The translations under genes and the position numbers were made by a program. 19,372 nt of DNA from Thainema sp. (lineage in GTDB: Bacteria > Cyanobacteriota > Cyanobacteriia > Phormidesmidales > Phormidesmidaceae): the NCBI GenBank assembly GCA_052168235.1, contig JBQLZK010000094.1, positions 1 to 19,372 of the forward strand, in the 5' to 3' direction. Below the pieces are notes generated by a model. That model did not search any database. It worked only from the letters and a program-made list of their open reading frames with translations, and had not been told where the DNA came from. Shown in pieces: positions 1 through 10,654 of this stretch; positions within the stretch are counted from its first letter, which is position 1, and the number at the start of each line of letters is the position of its first letter.

Positions 1-83
1 ATCCCACCTTATGATCTCATATTGAGATCGCTTTGGCTATTTTTCGAAGTGCCCTAATCACACCTCTAGATTTAATGTTAGAT

Positions 84-125
84 AAAGCCCCTACAAGTTG
101 TTTCGGACAACTATATAGGGGCTTT
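84..125 (-). terminator. Hairpin downstream of accB, probable intrinsic terminator
   Basis: AAAGCCCCTA (84-93) pairs with TAGGGGCTTT (116-125), with an inner stem AGTTGT/ACAACT (96-101/107-112). It lies 30 nt past the accB stop. The U-tail is short. Confidence 0.6.
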
Positions 126-155
126 GTCGTTGAAGAATCAGCGAATGCTCAATTG

Positions 156-659
156 TTAACTAGACCGTACACGCATTAGTACTTGACCATATTCCACAGG
201 ATCAGCATTTTCAACCAGGATTTCGACAACTTCGCCAGAAACTTCCGCCTCCAGCTCATTCATCAGCTTCATCGCTTCTAGAATGCAGACAACTTGCCCC
301 GTTTTAATCCGATCGCCTACATTGACGAACGGGTCATCGTCGGGGGATGGGGCGCGGTAGAACGTGCCGACCATCGGCGACGTGATGTCCACAACGTTGC
401 TGTCCGCAGAAGGAGGAGCCGTCGGCTGAGACGCTTGTGGAGCTGGAGCCGCTGCCGCAGGAGTCGGTGCAGGGGATGCAGCAGTTGTTGGTAGGGGAGT
501 AGGTGGCGGTGCATCAACAGAGACGACGGGAGTTGCCGCTGTTGGACGATCTTTGCGGACAGTGAGTTCAAACTCTTCGCTTTTTATCGATAGCTCTGAA
601 ATGTCTGATTGGCTTAAAACCGCCAGCAGTTCACGAATCTCGTTAAAATCCAATTCCAC
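156..659 (-). CDS. accB: Acetyl-CoA carboxylase biotin carboxyl carrier protein
   Basis: EAMKLMNE biotinylation motif, [13 protein letters not shown], Pro/Ala-rich linker, GTG start. The efp-accB order is typical of cyanobacteria. Confidence 0.97.
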   Translation of the reverse strand: MELDFNEIRELLAVLSQSDISELSIKSEEFELTVRKDRPTAATPVVSVDAPPPTPLPTTAASPAPTPAAAAPAPQASQPTAPPSADSNVVDITSPMVGTFYRAPSPDDDPFVNVGDRIKTGQVVCILEAMKLMNELEAEVSGEVVEILVENADPVEYGQVLMRVRSS

Positions 660-719
660 TTATTCGACCTCATTCATAACGCACCGAGCCACAGGTTCAC
701 TCCTTTTAGGATTCACGTT

Positions 720-1280
720 TTATGATTCACGTCCTAGGTAGGAGTCGTTTCGGGTGTCAATTTTAATTTTTTCCCCAATGGAGATAAACAGAGGAACCAT
801 CACCTGCGCTCCGGTTGAAACGATGGCAGGCTTGGTGCCGCCTGTTGCGGTATCGCCTTTAACGCCCGGATCGGTCTGGGTTACTTCTAGAACGACAGAG
901 TTGGGTAGTTCGACCTCTAGCACCTGATCATTCCAGCGAATGACGTTGACTTCCATGCCTTCGTACAGGTATTTGACGCCGCTACCGATCTGATCTTCTG
1001 TCAGGCGGTTTTCTTCATAAGTTTCCATATCCATGAAGACAAACTGCTCAGCTTCCCGGTAGGTGTGCTGCATGACCTTTTTCTCCAGGGTGGCCTGGGG
1101 AACGGTTTCGCCAGCGCGGAAGGTTTTTTCAACTGTGCTGCCGGTTTGGACGTTCTTTAATTTGGTGCGAACGAAGGCGGAACCTTTACCGGGTTTGACG
1201 TGCAAGAATTCGACAACGCGCCAAACGGAACCTTCGAGTTCGATACTAACGCCGGGACGAAAATCATTACTGGAGATCAT
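720..1280 (-). CDS. efp: Translation elongation factor P
   Basis: [17 protein letters not shown] and [15 protein letters not shown] signatures; 186 aa. Confidence 0.98.
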   Translation of the reverse strand: MISSNDFRPGVSIELEGSVWRVVEFLHVKPGKGSAFVRTKLKNVQTGSTVEKTFRAGETVPQATLEKKVMQHTYREAEQFVFMDMETYEENRLTEDQIGSGVKYLYEGMEVNVIRWNDQVLEVELPNSVVLEVTQTDPGVKGDTATGGTKPAIVSTGAQVMVPLFISIGEKIKIDTRNDSYLGRES

Positions 1281-1639
1281 GATGCTTGCTGCTGTGGAAC
1301 AATCGGCAATTTATTTTACCGTTCAGTGGGATATTCCCGTACAGTCCCTTGGGAAAATTGGTTTTGTGATTGGTGTGCGATCGCAAATGGCTAGTCGTTC
1401 TCTCCACTGATCCGGGCGTAATCGTTGACATTAGCAAGCGTTTCGCTGAATTCCTCCGTTCGATATCCAGAACCTGCCCCCAACCTATGGCAAGATCTAG
1501 GTGATTTGATGCAGTAGCTAAACATTATTCTTTTGAAAACCCAAACCTAGCGGACGTTCCCCCAGGTTTGGAGCTTTGAGAGTTAGTTTGTGCCAATCGA
1601 CTTAGTTTCAATTAGACGGAGGATTAAGCAACAGGACTC

Positions 1640-2782
1640 ATGGCTGTGATTCAACGCTGGATTAAAACGGGGTTTTTAGCAATCCTGCTATTTACCTTCT
1701 CAATTGGGTTAAGTGCCGCGCGCTGGTCAGATACCGGCACGGTTAATTTAACCTACAGTGAGCTTGGCAACGGAACGCTGATTAGTGCCCTTCCGCCCGG
1801 CAATGCCGTCACCAATGGGGAAGACCTGTTGCGCTATGCTCTGCCGATTGACAACGATGAGATTCGGCAAGTTCAAAAGAGCCTGGAAAATATTGCTGAA
1901 GAGTTGCGGGCCAAGCGGTGGAGTTCCATTTCCAAAGAGATTAGCAACGCGCGACGAGTGATACAGCGCAAGCGCGATCGCATTTTGGCCTCGGTGCCGG
2001 AACGGAATAAGACTGAAGCTGCGAACTTGCTGGATCAGATTGAAACTAGCCTGGATGATTTAGATGCAGCACTCGAAACTCAGGATAAGGGAACGATCTG
2101 GCTGAAGCGGCGGGCCGTTCTGACTTTAGTGGGTAAAGTCGAAGAAGACATGGTAGACGGCTTCCCGTTCGAGGTGCCCGAAGAATTCAGTAATCTGCCC
2201 CAGCTCAAGGGTCGCGCTACGGTCGAAATGGGTACGACTAAAGGCGTGATGACCATTGTGCTAGATGGCTACAATGCACCCGTTTCTGCGGGTAACTTTT
2301 TGGATTTAGTGCAGCGGGGCTTTTATGATGGCCTGCCGATTATTCGCGTCATGGATAATTTCATAGTCCAAACGGGCGACCCAGAAGGAGACGCAGCGGG
2401 CTTTATTGATCCAAAGACGGGCGAATATCGGGCAGTTCCCCTAGAAATCATGGTGCGCGGCGATGAAGAGCCGATTTACAGCTTCACGCTGGAATCGATT
2501 GGGCGCTATTTAGATGAACCCGCGCTGCCGTTTTCTGCCCTGGGTGCGGTTGCGATCGCACGTCCGGTTGATGATCCCAATGGTGGTTCGTCCCAGATTT
2601 TCTTCCAGCTCTATGATCCTGAAGTCACACCCGCAGGCCGGAATATGCTGGACGGTCGCTATGCGGCCTTTGGCTACGTGGTCGAAAATCCAGAAATTTT
2701 GAAAGACTTAACCACCAGCGATCGCATTGAGTACGCCAAGGTAATTGACGGTGCAGAAAACCTGGTGCAGCCTCAGTCGTAG
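1640..2782 (+). CDS. Cyclophilin-type peptidyl-prolyl isomerase, TLP40/CYP38-like thylakoid lumen family
   Basis: N-terminal signal peptide; helical domain starting LPPGNAVTNGEDLLRYALPI; C-terminal cyclophilin domain (DGYNAPVSAGNFLDLVQRGFYDG, FIVQTGDP, GGSSQIFF, LDGRYAAFGYV). AGGA lies upstream of the ATG. Confidence 0.9.
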   Translation: MAVIQRWIKTGFLAILLFTFSIGLSAARWSDTGTVNLTYSELGNGTLISALPPGNAVTNGEDLLRYALPIDNDEIRQVQKSLENIAEELRAKRWSSISKEISNARRVIQRKRDRILASVPERNKTEAANLLDQIETSLDDLDAALETQDKGTIWLKRRAVLTLVGKVEEDMVDGFPFEVPEEFSNLPQLKGRATVEMGTTKGVMTIVLDGYNAPVSAGNFLDLVQRGFYDGLPIIRVMDNFIVQTGDPEGDAAGFIDPKTGEYRAVPLEIMVRGDEEPIYSFTLESIGRYLDEPALPFSALGAVAIARPVDDPNGGSSQIFFQLYDPEVTPAGRNMLDGRYAAFGYVVENPEILKDLTTSDRIEYAKVIDGAENLVQPQS

Positions 2783-2818
2783 TGCTTGCTTCCGACTGTT
2801 AAGCCGACATTCTAACCA

Positions 2819-2840
2819 AGGCCGCATGAGCGGCTTTTTT
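2819..2840 (+). terminator. Rho-independent terminator after the cyclophilin gene
   Basis: GCCGC-ATGA-GCGGC stem-loop (2821-2834) followed by TTTTTT. Confidence 0.8.
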
Positions 2841-3195
2841 GCTGAAATGCATCAGGTGAAATGCATGAATTGAACTGTGCATTGACTTTGCATTTCAGCA
2901 AATGCTGACACGGAAAAATAGCGAAATCTGCGATCGCGTCTGTTCAAACGACGCTGGCACAGCATATCCTAGCTGAGGACTGTGAATCGATGAGGTTGGG
3001 TTTTAGAAAGTTTTAGGACAATTTCCAGACGAACCCCGTTAGCATGACCTTGACCGTGTCATGAATGGCCCAATAGTTATGACTTTCGGAAGGCTAGCAA
3101 AACCAGTCCGTGTAATAAAAGTAGTCGTATAAGCAGGCTTAAGTGTAAATTCTAAAAGCCTGTCATTAGGTAAGCCTGTAATTAGTCAGAGTTAA

Positions 3196-4500
<1,305 letters not shown>

Positions 4501-4525
4501 AGATCCTGGCTCTAGAATCAGATTC

Positions 4526-4570
4526 GAGGGCATTTTGCTGCCACATCGCGTCAGCAAAATGCCCTCTTCT
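4526..4570 (+). terminator. Strong stem-loop after eno (terminator or 3' stabilising hairpin)
   Basis: Perfect 15-bp stem GAGGGCATTTTGCTG (4526-4540) / CAGCAAAATGCCCTC (4552-4566), 11-nt loop, weak U-tail (TTCT). Confidence 0.65.
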
Positions 4571-4644
4571 GGTTTGAGTGCAAAATGCTAGCCTAGAAAA
4601 ACTAATCCTTTCAATACATGCACACGACTAAGCCGTAATCTGCC

Positions 4645-5760
4645 ATGACCAAGATCGTTGTTGGCCTTTCTGGAGGCGTCGATAGTTCAGTTGCTGCTGC
4701 TGCCCTGCATCACCAAGGCTATGAGGTTATTGGCCTCACCCTCTGGCTGATGAAGGGTAAAGGTCAGTGCTGCTCAGAAGGCATGGTGGACGCGGCGCGA
4801 CTGTGCGAAGAGTTGAAGATCCCTCACCACATCGTCGATAGTCGCGAAACCTTTCAGTCCTACATTGTGGACTACCTCGTATCCGGCTATGAAGCCGGGA
4901 TTACGCCCCTGCCCTGTTCCCAGTGCAACCGGGCGGTGAAGTTTGGGCCGATGCTGCGCTATGCCCGTGAGGAATTGAAAGCCGACAAAATTGCGACGGG
5001 GCATTATGCTCGAATTCGTTACGACGAGAAGTGCGATCGCTATCAGCTCCTCCGAGCTGTTGATCGGCACAAAGATCAGTCCTATTTTCTGTACGACTTA
5101 ACTCAAGAACTACTCGCCGGGTCGGTATTTCCCTTAGGGGAGCAAACGAAAGATGAAACTCGCCGGATCGCTACTGAATTTGATCTGCATACCGCTGACA
5201 AGCCGGAAAGCCAGGATTTATGCCTGATTGAAAGTCACGGTTCCATGCAGGCGTTTTTAGATAAATATCTAGCGCCCAAACCCGGCGACATCGTAGACCG
5301 TTCTGGTCGTGTCCTCGGTCAGCATACAGGCATTCATCACTATACGATTGGTCAGCGCAAGGGACTGGGCATTGCTGCGCCGCAGCCGCTGTATGTGGTG
5401 GGCATTGACGCGGGTAAAAATCAGGTGATTGTAGCCGAGCGGGATAGCGTGCTGGATGCTGACTGTACCGTGAGTCGCGTCAACTGGGTGTCAATTGCCC
5501 CACCGACTGCGCCAATCCGGGCAACAGCACAGGTTCGCTATCGTTCTCAACCTGCTCCGGTCACGATTGTGCCAATGGATCAGACGGAGGAGAACGGTCA
5601 AGTCCGACTGATTTTTGACGAACCGCAGTTTGGGATTACGCCTGGACAAGCAGCGGTTTGGTACGATGGGGACGTTCTGCTGGGCGGTGGCATCCTAGAA
5701 GTGTCTCAGCCTCAGCCTGAGCTGATTGCTTCCACTGCTGAAGATCAATTGAGTGATTAA
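4645..5760 (+). CDS. mnmA: tRNA 2-thiouridine(34) synthase MnmA
   Basis: SGGVDS PP-loop, [41 protein letters not shown] and [10 protein letters not shown] motifs. Confidence 0.98.
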   Translation: MTKIVVGLSGGVDSSVAAAALHHQGYEVIGLTLWLMKGKGQCCSEGMVDAARLCEELKIPHHIVDSRETFQSYIVDYLVSGYEAGITPLPCSQCNRAVKFGPMLRYAREELKADKIATGHYARIRYDEKCDRYQLLRAVDRHKDQSYFLYDLTQELLAGSVFPLGEQTKDETRRIATEFDLHTADKPESQDLCLIESHGSMQAFLDKYLAPKPGDIVDRSGRVLGQHTGIHHYTIGQRKGLGIAAPQPLYVVGIDAGKNQVIVAERDSVLDADCTVSRVNWVSIAPPTAPIRATAQVRYRSQPAPVTIVPMDQTEENGQVRLIFDEPQFGITPGQAAVWYDGDVLLGGGILEVSQPQPELIASTAEDQLSD

Positions 5761-6119
5761 TTGACATGTTGTCTCTTGCCAATGAGCCCGCAAAGAGGTG
5801 ATCTTGTCTTGTGTATCGGCAAAATCATCCTGCTGGGCTTCGGCTCAAGATGCATCGTCAATGTCAATTTGCATTGATTAATTGGGCACACAAGAATTGT
5901 CGCTATTTCAACCTCATCCTGTCCAAACCAGCAGTTCCGGAAATTCAAGCTGATTCCGGCTCGGTTTCTTAACTCTTTGAAGAGTGGATGAGGCTATCTG
6001 TATTTGTTGCGGATTATGAACCATTGCGTAATAGGATACAGATTGAAAGTGAAAGCAATTCAAATGCGATTGCATTGACCTGTTGGCACAACTGGATGGA
6101 TCGTTAGGAGGTAAAAACG

Positions 6120-7295
6120 TTGAGCGTCAAAGATACGATCGCACCCCACGGCGGCACTCTGATTAATCGGATTGCCACCCCCGAACAAAAGCAAGAATTT
6201 CTCGCCCAGGCAGATGCGCTGCCTCGGATTACGCTCGATGAGCGGGCGCTATCTGACTTGGCTATGATTGCAATCGGTGGCTTTAGTCCCATTTCTGGCT
6301 TCATGACCCAAGAAGACTACGAGCCAGTCGTTACCGATATGCGAATGGCTGATGGAACGGTTTGGTCAGTGCCCGTCACTCTGTCTGTAACCACAGAAGT
6401 TGCTGAGCCGCTCAAAGAAGGGAGCCTAGTTCGTCTAGATGATGCAACAGGTCGCTTTGTCGGTGTATTGGAACTGACTCAAAAATACACCTATGACAAA
6501 GTCCATGAGGCAATTCATGTGTATCGCACCAGCGAAGATAAGCATCCTGGTGTGAAGGTGATTTATGACCAAGGCGAAGTCAATCTGGCGGGCCCAGTAT
6601 GGCTGCTAGAGCGTGATCCCCATCCGCTGTTCCCGAAGTATCAGATTGATCCGGTTGAATCCCGCGCCCTGTTCCGGGAGCGGGGCTGGAAAACGGTAGT
6701 TGGCTTCCAAACCCGTAATCCCATTCACCGTGCTCACGAATATATCCAAAAGTGTGCGCTAGAAACGGTAGATGGCTTATTCCTCCATCCGCTGGTTGGT
6801 GCAACCAAGAGCGATGACATCCCGGCAGACGTGCGGATGCGTTGCTACGAAATTATGATGGATCGCTATTTCCCCCACGATCGGGTAATTTTGGCGATTA
6901 ATCCATCGGCAATGCGCTATGCTGGCCCTCGGGAAGCAATCTTTCACGCATTGATTCGCAAGAACTATGGCTGTACCCATTTCATCGTGGGTCGTGATCA
7001 TGCGGGTGTAGGCGATTACTACGGCACGTATGACGCTCAGCACATTTTTGATGAGTTTAAACCTGAAGAACTTGGTATCATTCCGATGAAGTTCGAGCAT
7101 GCTTTCTACTGCACTCGAACTCAGACGATGGCTACGACCAAGACGAGTCCGAGCTTGCCAGAGGAGCGGGTTCACCTCTCCGGCACCAAAGTACGCGAAA
7201 TGCTGCGCCGGGGTGAACTGCCCCCGCCAGAGTTTTCTCGTCCGGAAGTAGCTGCAGAACTTGCGAAAGCAATGAAAGTTCCGGCAGAAGTATAG
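6120..7295 (+). CDS. sat: Sulfate adenylyltransferase (ATP sulfurylase)
   Basis: APHGGTL start, [13 protein letters not shown] (HxxH), [45 protein letters not shown] start with a strong AGGAGGT RBS at about 6106-6112. Confidence 0.98.
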   Translation: MSVKDTIAPHGGTLINRIATPEQKQEFLAQADALPRITLDERALSDLAMIAIGGFSPISGFMTQEDYEPVVTDMRMADGTVWSVPVTLSVTTEVAEPLKEGSLVRLDDATGRFVGVLELTQKYTYDKVHEAIHVYRTSEDKHPGVKVIYDQGEVNLAGPVWLLERDPHPLFPKYQIDPVESRALFRERGWKTVVGFQTRNPIHRAHEYIQKCALETVDGLFLHPLVGATKSDDIPADVRMRCYEIMMDRYFPHDRVILAINPSAMRYAGPREAIFHALIRKNYGCTHFIVGRDHAGVGDYYGTYDAQHIFDEFKPEELGIIPMKFEHAFYCTRTQTMATTKTSPSLPEERVHLSGTKVREMLRRGELPPPEFSRPEVAAELAKAMKVPAEV

Positions 7296-7303
7296 GAATC
7301 TCT

Positions 7304-9709
7304 GTGCTGTTTAATCGACGCGCATTTTTACAACAGGCTGGCTTTGTTCTCACCACCCTAGGTGTGAGTCAAACCAGCCTATTGTCTTGGGCTACTCGCT
7401 ATCAGCAGGCGCTTGCTGAACCTACGCGACGCAAATTGGCCTTGCTGATTGGAATTAATCAATATCCAGAAAGCACCTATCAGTCTGCGAAGGCGATGGG
7501 ATCAGCGCTGACTGGCTGCGTGACAGACGTGGAGCTACAGCGTGAGCTGTTAGTGCATCGATTTGGGTTTCAGCCCAACGATGTGTTTACGTTGACCAAC
7601 GAACGTGCCACTCGCGAGGCCATTGAGACGGCGTTTCTTGATCATTTGGTGAACCAAGCGCGATCGGGAGATGTGGTGGTCTTTCACTTTAGCGGCTACG
7701 GCAGCCAGGTCAAACTGAATGATTCAACGGGTACGATTTATAACAGTTTGGTACCTGTAGATGGCTACCTGCCCACCAATGAGCAGCCAATTATCCATGA
7801 CTTGATGGAGGACACACTGTGGCTGCTGTTGCGATCGCTAAAAACGCAGAAGGTGACGACGGTTCTCGATCTCAGTTACAACAGCCCTGGACGGGTGTTG
7901 CAGAGCAGTTTGCATTTGCGATCGCGACCCTTGATGCCAATAGGTCAAATCAGCGACGCAGAGCAAGCGCTGCAGGAAAAGCTGCTGGCTGAGGTTAAAG
8001 TCACACCACAGCAAATTAGGGCGCAGCAGAGAGCGGGTCAAGCTCCCGGCATTTTGTTGGCTGCGGCTCAGACCCAGGGCATTGCAGCAGAGAGCCAGTG
8101 GAATAGCTTCAGTGCAGGGTTGTTTACCTACGCTCTAACTCAGCAGCTTTGGTGGGCCACTCCTGCCACTACCTTGCGGATTGCCTTGGGACGAGCCGCT
8201 GGTCAAGTGGAGCAGCATCTTGGTCAGGAACAACAGCCACAACTGCTCGGACAAGCGAGCCGTGATCCTGGTCTGCCGCTTTACTTTCTGTCGCCTGCTT
8301 TCTCCAGCTCAGCCGATGGGGTAGTGACAGCGGTTGAAGACAATGGCAACAGCTTCAAGCTGTGGCTGGGTGGCCTCCCTCCGTCAATTGTGGAAAACTA
8401 TACGACTGGAGCGATTGTGCAGGTCGTGTCAGCCATTAGTGCCACAGACGATTCTGCCGCAGCGTCCGGTACTGAACCTGCCGCAGAACTTCCCGCAGCA
8501 GAAGCGGGCGAGGGCGAAATTCTCCAGTCTCAGGCACCGCTGCTACAGATTCGCAGCCGCAATGGTCTCGTAGTTCGCGCCAAACCCTACGGTGCGAGTA
8601 GACCCTTACCGCAGGCGGTAGTGGTCGGGAATCAAATTTGGGAAGTGCTGCGTCTGTTGCCCAAAGGACTTGGCTTGACGGTGGCGCTAGATTCGACGCT
8701 GGAGCGGATTGAGCGGGTGGATGCAACCAGCGCCTTTTCGAGTGTACCGAGTGTTTCCTCAGTGATTACAGGCGATCAGCCCGCTGACTGCTTCTTTGGC
8801 AAGGCGCAGGGTATTGTCCAGGCCGCCTATGCGGCATCTTCGGATGAATCGCTGTCGTCAGAAGAGATTGAAGACTTGTTGGCTCAGAACGGCAGCGATG
8901 CGCCCCAGAGCGGTTACGGGCTGTTTTGGGTCGGACGTGCTGCTATTCCCAATACGCTTGCGGATGGAGAAGAGGCGGTCAAGACGGCGATTACGCGCTT
9001 AACGCCCCAGTTGCAGACGCTTCTCGCGCTTAAACTGCTGCGGTTAACCGCCAACGCTGGATCGTCCCGCGTCGGGGTGCGGGCGACGCTGGAAATGGTG
9101 TCGCCGCAAGAGCGTATTATTATGCAGCAGCAGGTTTCTCGCTCGGCCAATCCCCCAGTTGAAAGTCAAGTTGCTCCTTTACTGGCAGGTGAAGGAGAAG
9201 TGCCGATAATCCCGGTGGATAGCCGCATTCAGTATCGGCTAGAAAATTTCAGCGATCGCCCACTGTATTTCATTTTGCTAGGACTAGACAGTAGCGGTAG
9301 TGCGATCGCACTTTATCCAGCCCCGACCGCATCCAGTGAAGAATCGAAAGCGAAACCCGTACCGAGTGACAGCATCATTCATGCAGGTGAAACCCTGGTG
9401 ATTCCGCAAGCTTCGGTTTCATCGGAGTGGGTCGTCCATGAACCGAAAGGATTTGCCGAGACTCATCTGATTTTTAGTCCTTCACCGCTGACGCAAACCT
9501 ATAATGCGCTGTCGGAGTCGATGCGCTCGATTAGCAGTGCCCGCCGCGTCAGTATGCTGTCCCAGCCGCTAAATGTCGCGCGAGCCGTCCTGCAAGATAT
9601 TCACCAGGCCAGCATGCCGCTGGTCAATCCAGATGATGTGCCGTCGGAAACCTATGCGATGCATACCAACGCCTGGGCAACCCTGAGCTTTGTGTATCAA
9701 GTCATTTAG
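7304..9709 (+). CDS. Caspase-family (peptidase C14) protein with Tat signal and probable C-terminal DUF4384-like domain; catalytically degenerate pseudo-orthocaspase
   Basis: NRRAFLQ twin-arginine motif; RKLALLIGINQYP, LTGCVTDVELQ, ATREAI and GDVVVFHFSGYGS p20 motifs. The catalytic His/Cys positions read Tyr (FSGYG) and Ser (LDLSY). GTG start 8 nt after the sat stop. Confidence 0.88.
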   Translation: MLFNRRAFLQQAGFVLTTLGVSQTSLLSWATRYQQALAEPTRRKLALLIGINQYPESTYQSAKAMGSALTGCVTDVELQRELLVHRFGFQPNDVFTLTNERATREAIETAFLDHLVNQARSGDVVVFHFSGYGSQVKLNDSTGTIYNSLVPVDGYLPTNEQPIIHDLMEDTLWLLLRSLKTQKVTTVLDLSYNSPGRVLQSSLHLRSRPLMPIGQISDAEQALQEKLLAEVKVTPQQIRAQQRAGQAPGILLAAAQTQGIAAESQWNSFSAGLFTYALTQQLWWATPATTLRIALGRAAGQVEQHLGQEQQPQLLGQASRDPGLPLYFLSPAFSSSADGVVTAVEDNGNSFKLWLGGLPPSIVENYTTGAIVQVVSAISATDDSAAASGTEPAAELPAAEAGEGEILQSQAPLLQIRSRNGLVVRAKPYGASRPLPQAVVVGNQIWEVLRLLPKGLGLTVALDSTLERIERVDATSAFSSVPSVSSVITGDQPADCFFGKAQGIVQAAYAASSDESLSSEEIEDLLAQNGSDAPQSGYGLFWVGRAAIPNTLADGEEAVKTAITRLTPQLQTLLALKLLRLTANAGSSRVGVRATLEMVSPQERIIMQQQVSRSANPPVESQVAPLLAGEGEVPIIPVDSRIQYRLENFSDRPLYFILLGLDSSGSAIALYPAPTASSEESKAKPVPSDSIIHAGETLVIPQASVSSEWVVHEPKGFAETHLIFSPSPLTQTYNALSESMRSISSARRVSMLSQPLNVARAVLQDIHQASMPLVNPDDVPSETYAMHTNAWATLSFVYQVI

Positions 9710-9712
9710 GAA

Positions 9713-9741
9713 GTAGGGACACGGCATTGCCGTGTCCCTAT
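9713..9741. repeat. GTAG-type REP-like short palindromic element between convergent genes
   Basis: GTAGGGACACGGCA-T-TGCCGTGTCCCTAT: 13-bp perfect arms (9714-9726 / 9728-9740) beginning with GTAG. It resembles cyanobacterial short dispersed repeats. Confidence 0.75.
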
Positions 9742-9772
9742 CCAAAGATTTCACCTTATCAAATCCATGTTC

Positions 9773-10453
9773 CTAAGCGACTAGCGCGGGTAGCCACTCA
9801 GAATAGTGATTTAGCAGATCGGCTGGATCTTGATAAACAGCGGCACAACCTGCTTCCCTGAGCCGCTGCTCTGGAAATCCACCGCAGAGAACGCCAATTG
9901 TGGTCAGACCGATGCGGCTTGCAGCTTCCGCATCATAGGGGCTATCTCCCACCACCAAGACTTGCTCCTTCTTCAGTGGACTCAGCTTTTCCAGCGCGGC
10001 CTCAAAGATGTCCGGTTCTGGTTTGGAGCATTCCACGTCTTCAGTGGACGTGGCGTCATCGATCAGCGAGCCAATATCCAGCATTTCAATGTAGTGCTGG
10101 ATTGAAGCGGGTCGGCCAGAAGACGCTAGCACAATGCGAATGCCGTCTGCCCGTAAGCGATGAAACAGAGCTTTAACCTCTGGAAACGGCTTTACCTTGG
10201 GCAGCAGCTCAGACTGGTAATAATTTTTGCGATCGCTAGAAATGGCATCAACGACCTGTTCAACTTCATCCTCAGGCACAAACGACTCGACGATATATTC
10301 GCCGCCTTTGCCAATGTGCTTTTTGACCTCTAGATAGGGCACTTCATAACCATGCTTTTTGAATGCGCGTTCCCACGCCTGAGCATGAAAACCAACCGAA
10401 TCAACTAATGTACCGTCGATATCAAAAATAATGCCTTGAATTGGAGTTGTCAT
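9773..10453 (-). CDS. HAD-superfamily hydrolase (subfamily IA)
   Basis: Motif I FDIDGTLVDS, motif II LASS, motif III SKPEPD, motif IV VGDSPYD. Confidence 0.92.
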   Translation of the reverse strand: MTTPIQGIIFDIDGTLVDSVGFHAQAWERAFKKHGYEVPYLEVKKHIGKGGEYIVESFVPEDEVEQVVDAISSDRKNYYQSELLPKVKPFPEVKALFHRLRADGIRIVLASSGRPASIQHYIEMLDIGSLIDDATSTEDVECSKPEPDIFEAALEKLSPLKKEQVLVVGDSPYDAEAASRIGLTTIGVLCGGFPEQRLREAGCAAVYQDPADLLNHYSEWLPALVA

Positions 10454-10581
10454 ATCTGGAACTAAAATATTTTGGATTGTGGATTACATAGGTCTAGCTA
10501 ACCTGCGATCGCAGGTTCAATCCCAGTACCGGACGATAGAGACCGACCTTATCAATTGGCTGAAAATTCCCTCTTGCTTGC

Positions 10582-10609
10582 CCCCTGTTCCCCTGCTTCC
10601 CTGCTCCCC
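10582..10609 (+). repeat. Short tandem octamer repeat (CCCCTGCT-like, about 3.5 copies), STRR-type
   Basis: CCCCTGTT CCCCTGCT TCCCTGCT CCCC. Confidence 0.6.
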
Positions 10610-10654
10610 ACCCATTCCCATTCATCGACCAATCAACGAGAAACAGTACCCCCG

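Noticed and set aside
5761..5790. Sigma70 promoter at the perfect TTGACA (5761-5766)
   Set aside because: No -10-like hexamer at 16-18 bp spacing (it reads GAGCCC).
5757..5948. 63-aa minus-strand ORF in the mnmA-sat spacer
   Set aside because: TTG start, no RBS, no recognisable motif.
5905..5995. Canonical SAM-I riboswitch call
   Set aside because: Only the P1-like ends resemble SAM-I and the conserved core motifs are missing. Kept as an unclassified candidate instead.
7304..9709. Caspase-based anti-phage or cell-death system
   Set aside because: The catalytic dyad is degenerate, the protein appears exported, and no gasdermin, NLR, TIR or similar partner is nearby.
10556..10654. N-terminal extension of the EamA transporter
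   Set aside because: TTG start running through CCCCTGCT repeats; ATG 10655 is more plausible.
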